DNA of 64,000 nt from Paraspadella gotoi (GCA_051294375.1 CM119269.1:9546782-9610781), one strand, 5' to 3'; shown: positions 12,598 through 32,971, counted from the stretch's first letter. Notes: a model not told the origin generated them from the letters alone. Numbers and translations are program-made.

Positions 12598-14392
12598 ACT
12601 CTCTTCTCTCTCTCTTACTCTCTCTCTCTCTCATCACATGACCCAGGATGACTTTCGTAAGTCAACCAAAAATACGAAAGTTTCGTCTGTTTTCTTTTTT
12701 GTAGAAAGATAAAAAACATTAAATTTTTGAGTCTTTAAAAATCTTTTAAAGTACAATTATTTATTAATTCGATTCCGTCAACAATGAGAGATAAGCTTAT
12801 CAAACCATTTCTTAACTGCTTAACTCAGGAAAAAACATTAGTTACAGTTCTTCACAAAAGAATGTGATTAAATTCTTAAATAAATTTTATTTACTTGACT
12901 TTAAACTTAACTAAGTGTTTTGGTTTTTATCGTGATATATCCACATCTAATAATCGATTTTTTCCTGTTAGTTTGACTTGTATTTTAATTCTTCATAAAA
13001 AATTTTTTTTTACAATATTATAGCATATAAAAATTTCGGAATATGTACGATAGACAATGTACATATCTATGTTGGGCCATGAACTTACGCCTCTCGACTC
13101 TTGAAATTTTTAAAAATCGATTTTTAAGATTTAAAAGCCTCTACGATGTTGCGTGCACGGTCGACAGTTCAAAAATTAATTACGTATTTTTTAGCGATAA
13201 GAAAAGCGGCCGCCACCCCCTCGCCGACGACGAACAAACGACGACGATGACAACGACGACGCTGCTTTCATCTGTTAGAACCTGTCAGCGATCGGTATTA
13301 ATCCGACCTCTTTTACGACTTCGGAAATATTTGGATGAAAAAGTTCATTAGTTAAAAATGTTAATGACAGTCTAGCTCCAGGAAAAGGAAACAAAAAATA
13401 TTTAGCTTTTATTCCAAAGTTTACTGAAATATAAAAATATTAAGTATAAATAATTAACTATTAAATATTAGCTATATCCTTAAACAAAATGTGCCATGGA
13501 ATTATACAAGCTTCTTCTACTGACTTACAAAGCACATTTAACAATCCAATCCACACGAAATTGGGACCGGTTCCAAAATTCACACACATTCCTCTCAAAA
13601 AATCTGGGAAAATCTTCGGTTTCAAAAGAATTTTTAACCTATTGATTATAATTATCAGACTGTTTTTTTCAAGAACTTTTTTTTTAATCTCCCCGTTATG
13701 CATTGATGCTAATTCAATAAATAACTTAAAAATTAAAAACTTGAATTTCATCGTTCCAATGCAACAGTTGCGGAATAGAAAAAAGTTCGTAATTCGTTTT
13801 GTATCATGAAGAAACGTTGAATAATTGTCTTCGATATTTAGCGTTGGGTTTTGTATAAGTAATTAAAACCTGGTTTATGAGGGAGGTCCAAAGGGGTAGT
13901 TTGCTTAAAGTTTATGGTTAGAGTTTTCAGTTAACTGTAATTTTTAACACTAACCTATGATAGTCAATTTCATTTACTGAATCAAAATATAACTGCTAAA
14001 AACGATTTAAGAACTGGTTGAAGTTTATTCTGCGAGGCTATTTACCACAAGAACTGTGAACACTAATTTTTTGAGCAAGGAACTTGTGAATTCGTCGCGG
14101 AAAGAAAACAGTTAGATGCTTTTTTCGAGTGGAGACTGTTGTTATGGCCAATGAGCGACGGGGCCCAAAAACGCACCCGCACTAATCTTTATCGCAGGCC
14201 ATTGTTTAGGGTACGAAGAAATATCCTCTCCTCCTCCTCCTCCTCCTTCTTCCTCCTCCTCTTCCTTCTCCTCCCACTTCTCTATCTCCCATTTAATTTC
14301 TATTCCTGGTAGTCGACCGCTCAGGCTTTTCTCCCCCCTTTCATCTCTCTTTCTTTCTTCTCTCTCTCTACTCTCTAACTTCTCTCTTCTCT

Positions 14393-14430
<38 letters not shown>

Positions 14431-15563
14431 GCGGTTTTTTCCTGAATTTCCCCCATTTTTTCCCTTTTTCTTGGGAAGAAGGCTGGCTTGTCCGATGCAT
14501 GGAAGTCGTCAATGGGAGGAGGATGAGAGACAACATCGCAAGGAGAGAGAAGACGAGGAGCAGCGCAGGACGACGACGACCGGCGAAGACGACGAACGAC
14601 CCAGGGACGACGACGTCTTCCGTTTTAGCCTCCATCCCCCGTCGCGTATATCTTTAGATAGAGAGAGAGGGGATAAATGGAGAGAGAGAGAGAAGAGAAG
14701 AGACAAAGCCGCTTTCAACCATCCTGTCACACGAAACCTGAAAAAATCTTTCGCGGTCTCTCAGTCTCCTTTTCTCTCTCTCTCCTCTCTCCTCTTTCTC
14801 TTCTTTCTTTCTACTCTCCTTTACTTTCTCACTTTCTATCATTTATGCTTTCTATTCTCTTAATTTCCTATTAAAGAAATGGAAGGACAAATGAGGCTCG
14901 TTATGAATAAGGCTGTACCAATTCAGGACAGAATGGGTGTCACGGCATATCGCATTTTCGACCAATGATGAAGGCGATAACTCAGATTTTTTACCCATTT
15001 CACAAGTTAGAAAATAAAACTAGTTGTAAAAAATCCAACCACATTCGTTTCACCGTACACGTTACACTAAGACAAACGGCATAGGAGCCGATCGGATGCT
15101 CGCTTGTGCCGTTTTGAAAGCAATCAGACCCCTAGTGTAGACAGGGCTGGTGATTTTTAACTTCAGACCAATTCATAAGCCTTTGCTTTGGTTTGGAGGC
15201 GTGCATTTCTAACCCCAATCAAGCTCTTTTTCATTGGTCATCCGTATCACGACGTTGCACCAATCAAAAGGCACCTCGCAATTACGGGCTTCCGCGCAAG
15301 ACGTTATCGGCTGACAATCAGCCGTCCACCGTTTTTCTTCAGCTGCTCTGGGGGTCGAGCTCCTCCTGCGGTGTCCTGCGCGTTTTTCGAAAAGTGAAAG
15401 AAGCCAAAAGACCCGTCACTCAGAATTATAGAATCAATCTATAAAATCTCCCAACATTGAAAAAAGGCCTTTGAAAACCAAAACTTGATTCAACATTTTT
15501 GCGCCTTTGCTCCAAATGATAAAAGGAATTAAATAATTAAGAGCGCAGTGCCTTTGGCTTCGA
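8357..15563 (+). repeat. ~7.2-kb unit, copy A (re-occurs as noisy copies at 15604-27031)
   Basis: Anchors such as TTCCCAACTTTCATTTCC (8359/15604), GCGGCCGCCACC (13206/20125) and GCCTTTGGCTTC (15550/27019) recur; copies differ mainly by 1-nt indels. Confidence 0.9.
9585..9825. repeat. C-rich minisatellite (TTATCACTCCACCCATCCCACCCACC-like, ~26-29 bp)
   Basis: Repeated atcactccacccatcc/cacccacc units. Confidence 0.8.
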
Positions 15564-15603
15564 ATACTCTCTCTTTTTNNNNNNNNNNNNNNNNNNNNNN
15601 NNN

Positions 15604-21177
<5,574 letters not shown>

Positions 21178-21202
21178 NNNNNNNNNNNNNNNNNNNNNNN
21201 NN

Positions 21203-22994
21203 TGCGGGACAAGCCAGCCTTTCAAAGAAGAAATGCGATCAGACGCAGAGAAGGAGAAGAGGAGAGAACGAGAGAGAGAGATGGAGAAAGAAGACTTGAG
21301 AGAGAGAGAGAGACGAAAGAAAGAAAAGAGAGATGAAAGGGGGGGAAGAAAAAGCCGCAGCGGTCGACTACCACGAAGAAAATAAATGGGAGAATAGGAA
21401 GTGGGAGGAGGAAGGAAGAGGAGGAGGAAGAAGAGGAGAAGGAGGAGGAGGAGAGGATATTTCTCGACCCTAAACAATGGCCTGCGATAAAGATTAGTGC
21501 GGGTCGTTTTTGAGCCCCGTCGCTCATTGCCATAACACAGTTCTCCACTCGAAAAAGCATCTACTGTTTCTTTCCCGACGCGAATTCACAGTTCTTCCTC
21601 AAAAATAGTGTTCACAGTTCTTTGTGAGTAAATAGCCTCGCAGATAACTTCAACAGTTCTTATCGTTTTAGTGCAGTTATATTTGATTCAGTATGGATTG
21701 ATTATCATAGTTAGTGTTAAAAATTAACAGTTAACTGAAAACTCTTAACCATAAACTTTAAGCAAAAAACCCTTTGACCTCCTTCATAAACCAGTTTTAT
21801 TTCTTAACAAAAACCCAACGTCTAATATCGAAGACAATATTTCAACGTTCTTCATGATACAAAACGAAATACGAACTTTTTTCTATTCGCACTGTTGAAT
21901 TGACGATGAAATTCAAGTTTTTATTTTTAAGTTATTTATTGATTACATATGCAAACGGGAAATTAAAAAAAAAGTTCTTGAAAAAAACAGTCTGATTTAT
22001 AATCATAGGTTGAAAAATTCTTTGAAACCAGAATGATTTCAGATTTTTGAGAGAATGTGTGGAATTTTGGAACCGGTCCCAATTTCGTGTGGATTGATTG
22101 ATTAAATGTGCTTTTAAGTCAGTAAAGAAGCTTGTATAATTCCATGGCACATTTGTTTAAGAGATATAGCTAATATTTAATAGTTAATTATTTATTACTA
22201 AATATTTTTATATTCAGTAACTTTGGAATAAAAGCTAAATATTTTTGTTACTTTTCCTGGAGCTAGACTGTCATTAACATTTAACTAAGACTTTTTCACA
22301 AATATTTCCGAAGTCTAAAGCAGGTCTGGATTAATACCGATCGCTGCACAGGTTTTCTAACAGAGAAGCAAGCTGTCCCGTCGTTGTCACTCGTCGTCGT
22401 TTGTTCGTCGTCGGCGAGCGGGTGGCGGCCGCTTTTCTTATCGCTAAAAAATACGTATTTAATTTTTTGAAACTGTCGGCACGCAACATCGTAGACTTTT
22501 AAATCTTAAATCGATTTTTAAAAAGATTTCAGAGTCGAGAGGCCGGTATAGTTATTGGCCAACATAGATATGTACATTGTCTAGCGTACATTATTCCGAA
22601 ATTTTATATATGCTATAATCATTGTAAAAAAAAATTGTTTTATGAAGAATTAAAATTACAAGTCAACTAACAGGAAAAAATCGATTATTATGTGGATATA
22701 TCACGATAAAACCAAAACACTTAGTTAAGTTAAAGTCAAGTAAATAAAATTTATTTAAGAATTTAATCACATTCTTTGTGAAGAAACTGTAACTATGTTT
22801 TTCCTGAGTTAAGCACGTTAAGAATGTTTGATAAGCTTATCTCTTCTTGTTGACGGATCGAATTAATAAATTAATTGATAACTTTAAAAGATTTTTAAAG
22901 ACTCAAAAATTTAATGTTTTTATCTTCTACAAAAAAGAAAACAGACGAAACATTTCGTATTTTTGGTTGACTCGAAAGTCATCCTGTGTCATGT

Positions 22995-23030
<36 letters not shown>

Positions 23031-23718
23031 AGAAGAGAGAGAGATGATGACCGAGAGAGAGGAGAAGAGGAAAGAGAGAGAGAGACAAGAGAGATTTGAA
23101 TTGGCCCAAACCGCAAAAGTAGAGCGCGATCTTTGTTCCCATTCGTTTTTGTGATCTTTTTATTTTTCTTCAACTTTTTTTCTATCTTCGTTGTTTTCTT
23201 TTTCACCTTTTTATGTTTTGTTCATTTTTTTTTTCCATTTTTTAGACCTGGTTGTTTGATAAGTTTAATTTTATAAGAAATTCTCAGTTTTATATAATTT
23301 CTTTTTTTTATAGATTTCTAGCTCAGATTTTTCTTGTCAGGCTCTTAGTAGGAGATTTAAGGTAGAGAAGAGAGAGAGAGACGAGAGAGACGGAGAGAGA
23401 GGAGGAGAAGAAGAGATGAGAGAGAGAGAGGGAGGAGGAGGTTGCGAAATAAATCTGAATCCCATCGTCGCTCGTCTACCCCATTTTCCTTCTTTTCCGA
23501 CTGAAGGCCCCATTGCTATTCCCATTTCTTCCTCCTCCTCTTCCCTTCCCTTTAATTCACCGATATTTTTCTCCTTTTTTTTCCTCTTTTTCTTTCTTCC
23601 CTAATCTCTTTCCTTTTTTCCTCCCTCCTTTCCTCCCTTCCTCCCCTCCTTCCCAACCTGTCCCTTTCCAACCCATTCCAATCTTAAGGTGTCAGCGTCT
23701 CGCTCGCGATAAGAACGA

Positions 23719-23780
<62 letters not shown>

Positions 23781-23958
23781 AAGTAACAGTAGTGGAGCGT
23801 GTTTGAGCGAAACTTGCTTCTCTCGCTCTCGTGGAATCATTAATGGAAATTAAGATTCGCCATCAAAGCTTCAGGCGAAACTTTTCCTTTTTTTTTTTTG
23901 AGGTTTGTATGATGTTGGAGGACGGACAGGGGAGAACGTAAGGAGAGAAATGAGAGAT

Positions 23959-23991
<33 letters not shown>

Positions 23992-25262
23992 ATCGAAGAG
24001 AGAGAGGTCAAGAGAAGAGGGGGGGGGCGGGAGAGAGAGAAGATGAGTGGGGAGAAGGAGGAAGAAGAAGAAAGAAGGAGAAAGGGAGAGAAGGCGATTA
24101 GAGAAATAGTTTGCTTAGTCCACAAACACTCATGAATAACGAAAAAGAAAAGGAAGAAAGAAAGCGTATTTGGCAATCTTGCGTGATTGGCTTGCGACTA
24201 GCGATGCTAAGTTGATGTGAATGGCGCGATAAGAGTTTTCAATCTCGATCTTGAGACCCGAGAGGAAATGGAAAGAATAAAGGAGGATGAGAAAGAGCAG
24301 AGACGGCGAACAAACTCGCGATTCATTTTAATGCGTCTACAGTCGAGACTTTCGCACGCAATCAAGCAAAAAACGTCGAATGGCGTGCATCGATGATCAG
24401 TTTGTGCGCGCACTCAATCCCTAAAAAAGGTTGCACGTACGGTCTACAAAAGTACGCAAACGCGGACCGAGAAAAGAAAGTTGAAAGAAAAGAAAAGAAG
24501 GTTTAAGGGAGGAGAGATTGAAGAAAAGTCCTTTTTTATTTTCTTTTTTTTTTCACTATTTTTTTCTCACCTTATTTTTTATTGTCCTTTCAAGCATCGT
24601 TTTTAGGACCATAGAAGACGGAAATTGAGAAAAAATCCTGGATCTGAATTGTCGTCGCTTTCGTCGAACCGACCATTAGTGTACTTGATATCGAACGGAA
24701 CGGCAATCAGAGTTATTAGTCGAACGGGACGCAATCAGAGAGCGAGGAATGAAACGACCGTCGTCGGATTTGGGCAGCAGAGGCGACAGCGAAGCAAATA
24801 AGGAAAAGGTTACGAAACGAACAAATAAAGGAAAAGAAGGAGAGGGGGAAAAGGGTAGAGAGAGAGAAAATAGAAGAAATAACAAAAAGACAAGGAGAAA
24901 AGGTTTTGAGAATGTACTTGAATAATGAATAAGAGAAAAAAGAATAAAATGTCTCAAGAAAGAAAGATATTAAATGGGCAATGTGGTGGAAAAATGGGAC
25001 AATAGTAGGAGAAAAAAAGAGAGAATAAGTAATTTTTTTAAAAAACGACAGTATATAAAAACTAATGAAGAGAAAATGACAAAAATTTCGTTTTTAAAAT
25101 GGTTGTATAAATTCAAAATTTTATAAACTTACAATTTACGTTGATCAATAAAATGACTTAAAACGCTTGCAAAGAATATTCGTCTAGAACATGGGTTTGC
25201 CGTTTAAAGTAAACCAAATGACTATGAAAAAGAGATAGGTAGCGGTCTACCAAAAACATTGT

Positions 25263-25336
<74 letters not shown>

Positions 25337-26016
25337 CTCTCGTCTCTCTCTCTCCCCACTCCTTTTCATAAAAATACAGAGTTACATGATGAAGTAAGCT
25401 GCATATTTGTATATGCTATACATAAGTACATATTTACAAGAGGTTACAGAGACTAGAAAGACCTGATTTTGCTCGTAGGGCGGGACGATTGGAGGAGACA
25501 GGGTTGTGACACTTCGGGGCAAAAGAATGCAACAGACGAAGGGAAAGAAGGGAAGAGAGAGAATCATTGTTGGTCGTCGTCATTGGCGTCGTCCGTTCTT
25601 CGTCGTCGTCGTTGTCGTCGTCGTCGAAAAAAGAAATAAATTCTACGGAAATCCTCATGAGAAGAGAGAAAGACTGCACCCGAGAGAGAGAGGAGAAGAG
25701 AGAGAGAGAGAGAGATGAGAGAGAAGAAGGAAGGAACCGAGGCCCGAGAGACTTCAAGTTTTCACCTGTTCCGGGCCTAATATCTAGTAAGGCGGGGCCA
25801 AATTGAACACCTTTTTCTAACTCCTAGTTCTCTTTAAATTTTTTTTTTCCTTTTACTACTAAATCGATTTTCAATGTTAACTTTTGATTTATTCATTGGG
25901 TGTTGCACTGAAGCTTTTAAATATTTATTAATATATAATAATTATATAAAGTTTGACGGAATTGTGCAGTGGAAATGAGTTTAGATGGAAATAACATAAG
26001 TCAATATACTTGGATG
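21203..26016 (-). repeat. Inverted copy of ~9900-14497 plus the 281-bp segment; forms a ~9.3-kb palindrome with copy B
   Basis: Reverse-complement matches throughout, e.g. 22424 GGCGGCCGCTTTTCTTATCGC vs 20113-20133. Forward homology to copy A resumes at ~26013 (GATGCATGGAAGTCG = 14495). Confidence 0.9.
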
Positions 26017-26275
26017 CATGGAAGTCGTCAATGGGAGGAGGATGAGAGACAAACATCGCAGGAGAGAGAAGACGATGGGAGAGGAGGACGACGACGACGG
26101 CGAAGACGACGACGACCAGGACGACGACGTCTTTCCGTTTTAGCCTCCTCCCCCGTCGCGTATATCTTTAGATAGAGAGAGAGAGGAAAAGGGAGAGAGA
26201 GAGAGAGAGAGAGACAAAGCCGCTTTCAACCATTCCTGTCACACGAAAACCTGAAAAATTTCGCGGTCTCTCATT

Positions 26276-26309
<34 letters not shown>

Positions 26310-26414
26310 TTCTTTCTCTCTCTCTTTCTTTCTCACTTTCTATCATTATGCTTTCTATTCTCTTAATCCTATAAAGAAAATGGAAGGACAAATGAGGCTT
26401 CGCTATGAAATAAG

Positions 26415-26795
26415 GCTGACCAATCAGGACAGAATTGGGTGTCACGGCATATCGCATTTTCGACCAATGAGAGGCGATAACTCAGATTTTTTACCCATTC
26501 ACAAGTTAGAAAAATACTAGTTGTAAAATTACAACACATTCGTTTCACCCGTTACACGTTACACTAAGAAACGCATGGACCGATCGGATGCTCGCTTGCC
26601 GTTTTGAAAGCAATCAAGACTCCCTAGTGTAGACATGGCTTGGTGATTTTTAACTTCAGACCAATCATAAGCCTTTGCTTGTTTGGAGGCGTGATTTCTA
26701 ACCAATCAAGCTCTTTTCATTGGTCATCCGATCACGACGTTGCACCAATCAAAGACCTCGCAATCGTCTTCGCGACGTTATCGGCGACCAATCAC
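26415..26795. promoter_or_regulatory. Dense CCAAT-box (NF-Y-like) cluster; homologous copy at 14915-15320
   Basis: CCAAT/ATTGG at 26420, 26434, 26464, 26661, 26702, 26719, 26745 and 26788, mostly in RACCAATSA context. Confidence 0.4.
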
Positions 26796-27908
26796 CGTCC
26801 ACCGTTTTTTCATTCAGCTGCTCTGGGGGGTGAGCTCCTCCTGCGGCTGTCTCTGCCTTTTTCGAAAAGGGAAAGAAGCCAAAAGAACGTCACTCAGAAT
26901 ATAGAATCAATTTAAAATCTCCAACATTGAAAAAGGCCTTTGAACCAAAACTTGATTCAACATTTTTGCGCCTTTGCTCAAATGATAAAAGGAATAAAAT
27001 AATTAAGGAGCGACAGTTGCCTTTGGCTTCCGAAACGAGATTGTTATTTTAAAATAAAAATATTTTTTTTAATATTAAAATTTCATGTCTAGGACTGTTT
27101 CTTGACACTCAGGATCGTTTTTATAACAATTTTGTTTCCAGGACCCCGCTTTGTTTAATGGTCTCATATTAGATTCATTCAATTATATTAAATTTTAGTA
27201 TTACATTTTAGATCTATGAAGCTGTTTCAAAAAATCTATCGTTTTAAAACTTTAAAGAGAAATCATGGAATAGTCAGCCCAAGTTAATGTAGTCGTCATC
27301 TTCGTCGTCCTCTTCGTCGTCGTCGTCGTCATCTTTTATCGATGAAGGAAATGGAAAAAAAAAGAAAAAAAAACCAAATTAACGTCAAAATAAAAAAAAA
27401 TGAAAAATTGAAAAAAATGAAAAATTAAATTTAGACAGGATAAAATATATGTAGATAAAGAAAGATAGAAATGAAGATAGAATAATAAGAAAGAAACATA
27501 GAGAGAAAAAGTGAAAAAAAAGGAAAAGAAAAAGAAATAAAATGGAAAATACAGAGATAGAGAGAGTCAGAGAGAGAGAGAAAGTCAGAGAGGGAGAGAG
27601 AGAGTCAGACAGGGAGAGAACGAAAGAGAGAGAGAGAGAGATGATTCAGAGAGAGAAAGTCAGAGAGGGAGAGAGAGAGTCAGAGAGGAGAGAAGAAAGA
27701 GAGAGAGAGGGTAGACGAGGAGAGAAGTCAGAGAGGGAGAGAAGAAAGCAAACAATGAAAAAATCGATGAATCCAAAGTCGTGGCCGGCTGAACGTTACG
27801 ACCGACGTCGTTCTCTCTCTCTCTATTCTTTCTTTTTCCCCTTCTTTTTTTTCTTGTTTATTCTTCTCTTTTTTTTGGGGGGGGGAAGTCTTTCTAATTT
27901 TTCAGAGC

Positions 27909-27941
<33 letters not shown>

Positions 27942-28015
27942 AAGAGGAGCGTTGGACCATTCAAGTATAAAGGGGAAGCAAACATAATCAGAATTTTGAA
28001 TGAGGTCGCTCTATG

Positions 28016-28096
<81 letters not shown>

Positions 28097-28329
28097 GTTT
28101 TATGAAAAAAAGAAAAAATTTAATGATTTTTTTATTCTTTCAAATTTTTGGTTTTTATCTTCTTTCTTTCTTTCTTTCTCCTATGCTTTTCTATCTTCTT
28201 TCTTTCTATCTTTTTTCTTTCTTTCTCCTTACAAGCTCAAGAGCCTGCGCGCTCGGCTTGTTTTTCTCGAAGTAGAGCGTTAAGTCGGATGGCGGGAGAA
28301 CGACGGCGTTAAAAACCGAAATTAAATGC

Positions 28330-28417
<88 letters not shown>

Positions 28418-30729
28418 GAGAGAGACAGAACAGCCACGCCAGAATTTCTTGCTTAGATTTTCTTCGAATTCGATTTTTATTTTTTTTCCCTAAAGAGATT
28501 TTTTTTGGCACATATTAGATCTCTTTTCTCATTTTTTTACCGGAGTGGAATTATAGTTCGCTTTTAAAATGTTTATTTTTCATTTTTTCTTTTATCATTC
28601 TCGATCTACATTTTATTTTTTGAAACCGCACATCTTGGGGTCGTCTTAATCGTCGTCGTCATCGTCGTCGTCATCGCCGTCGTTTTCATAGTCGTCCACT
28701 CGTCGTAGTCTTCATCGTCATCGTTGTCCTCATTGTCGTCGTCGTTGTCGTCTTCTTCATCGTGGTCTTTGTCTTCGTCTTCTTCATCGTCGTCGTCTTC
28801 ATCGTCGTCGTCGTCCTCCGGTCAAACCCCCGTCTTTTTCGTCTCTCACCCGCGGGTGATGTTTTTCCGACGACCTTATCCTTGACCTCGTGTTCGTCCC
28901 TACTCGATGGCCGCTTTTTAAACTTACCCTCAGACCCTCTCTACTCTCCCTTACCCTCAGGACCCCCTATCGTCGCTTTCCACGTCCTGACTTTCGGCGC
29001 AGCCAATTCTCTCCTTTTTTCTCTTTGAAAAAAGCCGCTTTTTCTCTCTCCTTCTATTCTGTTTCTTTTCCTCGTTTCCATCTTTTGTTTTTGTCTCCCT
29101 CTCCCCTTTTCTTTCTCTCTCTTTCTCTCTCTCCCCATCTCTTTCTCTCTTTCCCTCTCTCCCCCTCTCTTTCTCTCTCTTTCTCTCTCTGCCCCTCTCT
29201 TTCTCTCTCTCCCTCTCTCACCCTCTCTCCCCCTCTCTTTCTCTCTCCCCCTCCCTTTCTCACTCTCCCCCTTCTCTTTTTTGTCTCCCCCCTCTCTCTC
29301 TACCCTTCTCTTTTTATCTCCCCCTCTCTCCTCTTATCTTTGTTGTCCCCTCTTCACAATTTTTTTTTAATTTTGTTTACCCCACATCGTAGCGACTCCC
29401 TTTCTCTCTCCCCCCACTCCCTTTCATTTCTACGTCCCCTCTCCTATCTCCCTTCTTTCTTTTCCTGTTCCTATCATTTCATTTCCCCTCTTCTCTTTCC
29501 CCTCTTCTCTACCCGCCCTCCCTCCCCACGGCCCCAACACGCGAGACCCGGACAGAGACGCTCGTTTCCTCGAAGTCATGGGGTCGACCCTCTTTACGAG
29601 CCATTCGGGGCAGGGATAGGGGCAGGGATCGGGGCTGACTTGGGGCCTGGGTCAGGTCTGGGATTAGGGTTGAGCGGTGGCAAATGGCAAATGGCAATTG
29701 CTTGGGTGGCAAAGGCGCGTTTGAAACTGAAGTGCAGAAAGATGTTGCAATAGCGTAAAATGACTGTATTGACGAAAAAGACAGCAACACTGACATGGAA
29801 AGGCGCAAAAATGCGAACCGAGACATGGAACTCATAAAGAGAGACTAGAAAGGCGATGAAGGTCAGGCTCGTTGCAGATAATCGTCATCATTGGTGTCAG
29901 AAATAGTGTTCACTAGGATACTCGAGTTAATGTCTCACAAAAAGGACAAAGTTCACTATTTCTAATCTCTCATATAATAAGATACAAGCAATAGAAAAAT
30001 TAACAATTCATTTAAAAAATGAGCTCTCTTGCCCCTGACTTTGGACAGGCCATGGTTAGTTAAGGCATCCACTCTCTTTCATGGACATTGGACAAACCGC
30101 ATTACCCATGTAATTTTGCAAAGGAATTCCTTTGAATCTAAAACGTTATAATTTATATATATATATATAAGTAAGTTATTCATAAATGGCCACGTCATGC
30201 TGGAAGGAAAAGAGTCTCAGGCCCCGTAAGGAGGCGAAAGAAGGGCTCATGGATGCCCCTATTATTGGGTCAGGATGGGACTCATGGATGCCCACGTTAT
30301 GGGGTCAGGAGGGGCTTTTCTCTATTATCCAAAAAGCAGAACCCAAAGGGAATCCGAGCGTCTGTGATTTCCCATTTTATTATCGCGAGTCCGCCCTTGA
30401 GGAGNNNNNNNNNNNNNNNNNNNNNNNNNNNNNNNNNNNNNNNNNNNNNNNNNNNNNNNNNNNNNNNNNNNNNNNNNNNNNNNNNNNNNNNNNNNNNNNN
30501 NNNNCCGTGAAACTCACAAATATTTTTTCTTCTTTAGATAAGCGAGTTTTTTTTTAAATGTAAATCAAAAACTCAGAAAATCTCGTCAGTGAATCGAGGG
30601 TATTTTTTTTTTCTGACTTCAAATTTTACGGATAAAACTGTTTGTTTTTGCTGTTTTGGTTGGACTGATGGAGTTCACTGCTGTTCAAACAACTGTGCGT
30701 GAGCTGTCTGAAGTGAAGGCTGTTTCAAG

Positions 30730-30810
30730 AAAAAAAAGGTCCCCCTTGGGTTTCGAACTCTGAACTTTGGCATCGAAGAGTAGAGGATTTAAGTACTAAG
30801 TCTAAGCCTG
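30730..30810 (-). pseudogene. Degenerate tRNA-like / SINE-head sequence (second copy ~58655-58742)
   Basis: Minus strand: A-box-like TAGACTTAGT, B-box GAGTTCGAAACC ~45 nt later, followed by a T run; the acceptor stem does not pair. Confidence 0.35.
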
Positions 30811-32058
30811 AGAGAAGAGTATTTTCGTCGAAATGGGAAAAATAAATTGACTTTCATGAAAAATATAAGTATTAATTTTTTTTTCTTTTTACTTTTTTTC
30901 TATTTTTAACTTGAAAATTTTACGATGTTTCTTTTCGTCGTCGTCATCGTCATCGTCGTCGTCGTCATCGACGTCGTCGTCGTCGTCGCTGTTCTCCTCT
31001 GATGTTTCGTCGTTTTCTGAGGAAATACTCGTTGATGTTGTTGTTGTTATCGTTCTCGTTTCCATGGCAACGCGTCCTCCTCCCTTAGCGACGCGACAAA
31101 CGAGACGAAATGGGGAAATCCATCTTAGTTATGGGTTATGAGGCCGGGGAGAGGAAGAGGCGGAGTGAAGGAGGCAGGGGGAGGAAAATTGGCTGATTGT
31201 GGAGGGTTGTAAGCATTGAAGTTTAGGTGGAGTCCGGAAGAGAACCTCAGTCCCTTGTTAACCTGGTGTAAGCAGTTCATTCTCGAAGACGAGGAAGACC
31301 AATCCGAGAGAGATAAGGAGGCCCGAGAGAGAGATGAGAGTAGAGAGAACGACGTTTAGAGAGTACCGAGTTTTTGACAGGCAGGAGTGGACCCGACAGC
31401 CTGAAGGCCAAGAATTAAGGAAAAAGGTTACCGCAGAGAGACGAGAACAAGTAAGATAGAGAAAGAAGGAGAGGGGAAAGGTTAGAGACGAGAAACGTAG
31501 GAAAGATTTTAGAGAACACCAAGGAGAGTGGACAAAAGATTCAAAAAAAATGAAATGGGAGAAAGAAAAGCGATAAAATGAGTATCAATGTTAGGTTGAA
31601 GTAAAAGGAGAGAGAGAGATGGAGGATGAGAGAATGAGGATGCAGAAGAAATTGAAAAAAGAAGAGAGAGAAGATGAAAAAAGGTTCCTAGGAAGAAAGG
31701 CAGAGAGAGACGAGAGAGAGAGCGGGACGAGGCGAATGTGACGAGAATGAGATATTTTTTTCCTTCACTCGATAAAATAGCAGAGAGCGACATCTCAAGA
31801 ATTCGAGAAAAAACAAAACAACAAAATAAAAAGTTTAAAGATAGAATTTTACAAAAATTAAAAAAAAGAAAAGTAAAAAAAAATATTTTTTTTAAATTTT
31901 GTAATAATTTGATTTTGATTTACAAATCAGCTTTGAAGCTAAGTAAATTTGAAAAAAATGACGCTACTTTTTTGGTTTTTTTCATTATTTTGTTTAATAT
32001 TTTCATATTTTTTATCTTTTTTCGTTTCTGTTTTTCTGTCGAGTTGATCTTTGAAATC

Positions 32059-32097
<39 letters not shown>

Positions 32098-32933
32098 TGT
32101 TTACTCGCTTTAGATTTCTGCTTCGAATCTGATTTCATCGGATTTGAAGAAAAAAAAAGAAGGAAATAACAAAAATAAAATAAAAAAGAAAGAAAANNNN
32201 NNNNNNNNNNNNNNNNNNNNNNNNNNNNNNNNNNNNNNNNNNNNNNNNNNNNNNNNNNNNNNNNNNNNNNNNNNNNNNNNNNNNNNNNNNNNNNNNNNNN
32301 NNNNNNNNNNNNNNNNNNNNNNNNNNNNNNNNNNNNNNNNNNNNNNNNNNNNNNNNNNNNNNNNNNNNNNNNNNNNNNNNNNNNNNNNNGAAGGGAGAAG
32401 GGGAGAGAAGGAAGGAGGAAAGAGAAAGCAATTGGGAAGATTGAACAAATGGAATGAAGGGATAGAAATATTTTTTAAAAGGAAGAAAAAATGTTTTAAA
32501 CAACTCAAAAAAAGAAAACTGACAATATAAAATTATTAATGAAAGATAAAATAAAATAAAGAAATTAGGTCAGGACAAAATGATACTTGTGATTGGAAAA
32601 AAGCAAAGATGACCAAAAATTTAAAAAGAAAATAGAAAATTTGTAAAACTCGTTGTTCAATATCAACACAATTTGTAAACCTAAAATAGAAGAAGAAAAA
32701 AAAACCTTTTTTGCAGGTCGACAGAGCGTCGTTAGCGCAACGAAAAGCGAACGCCGCTTCGATTTCCATTAAATATTTAAGCGCCAATTTTTCAGTTCCA
32801 TCGACGCAAATATTAAATATATATTTTTATCAAATATACATCGACATTAAATATACATGATCCGGCGAAACCAGAGAGTTTCATCACAGAGATATCGAGA
32901 CTCATTCCCTTGAATTCTTTATGAAGAAGAAAT

Positions 32934-32971
<38 letters not shown>

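Noticed and set aside
29509-29900. High-complexity block with open frames on both strands
   Set aside because: No recognisable motif or convincing splice sites; cannot support a gene call.
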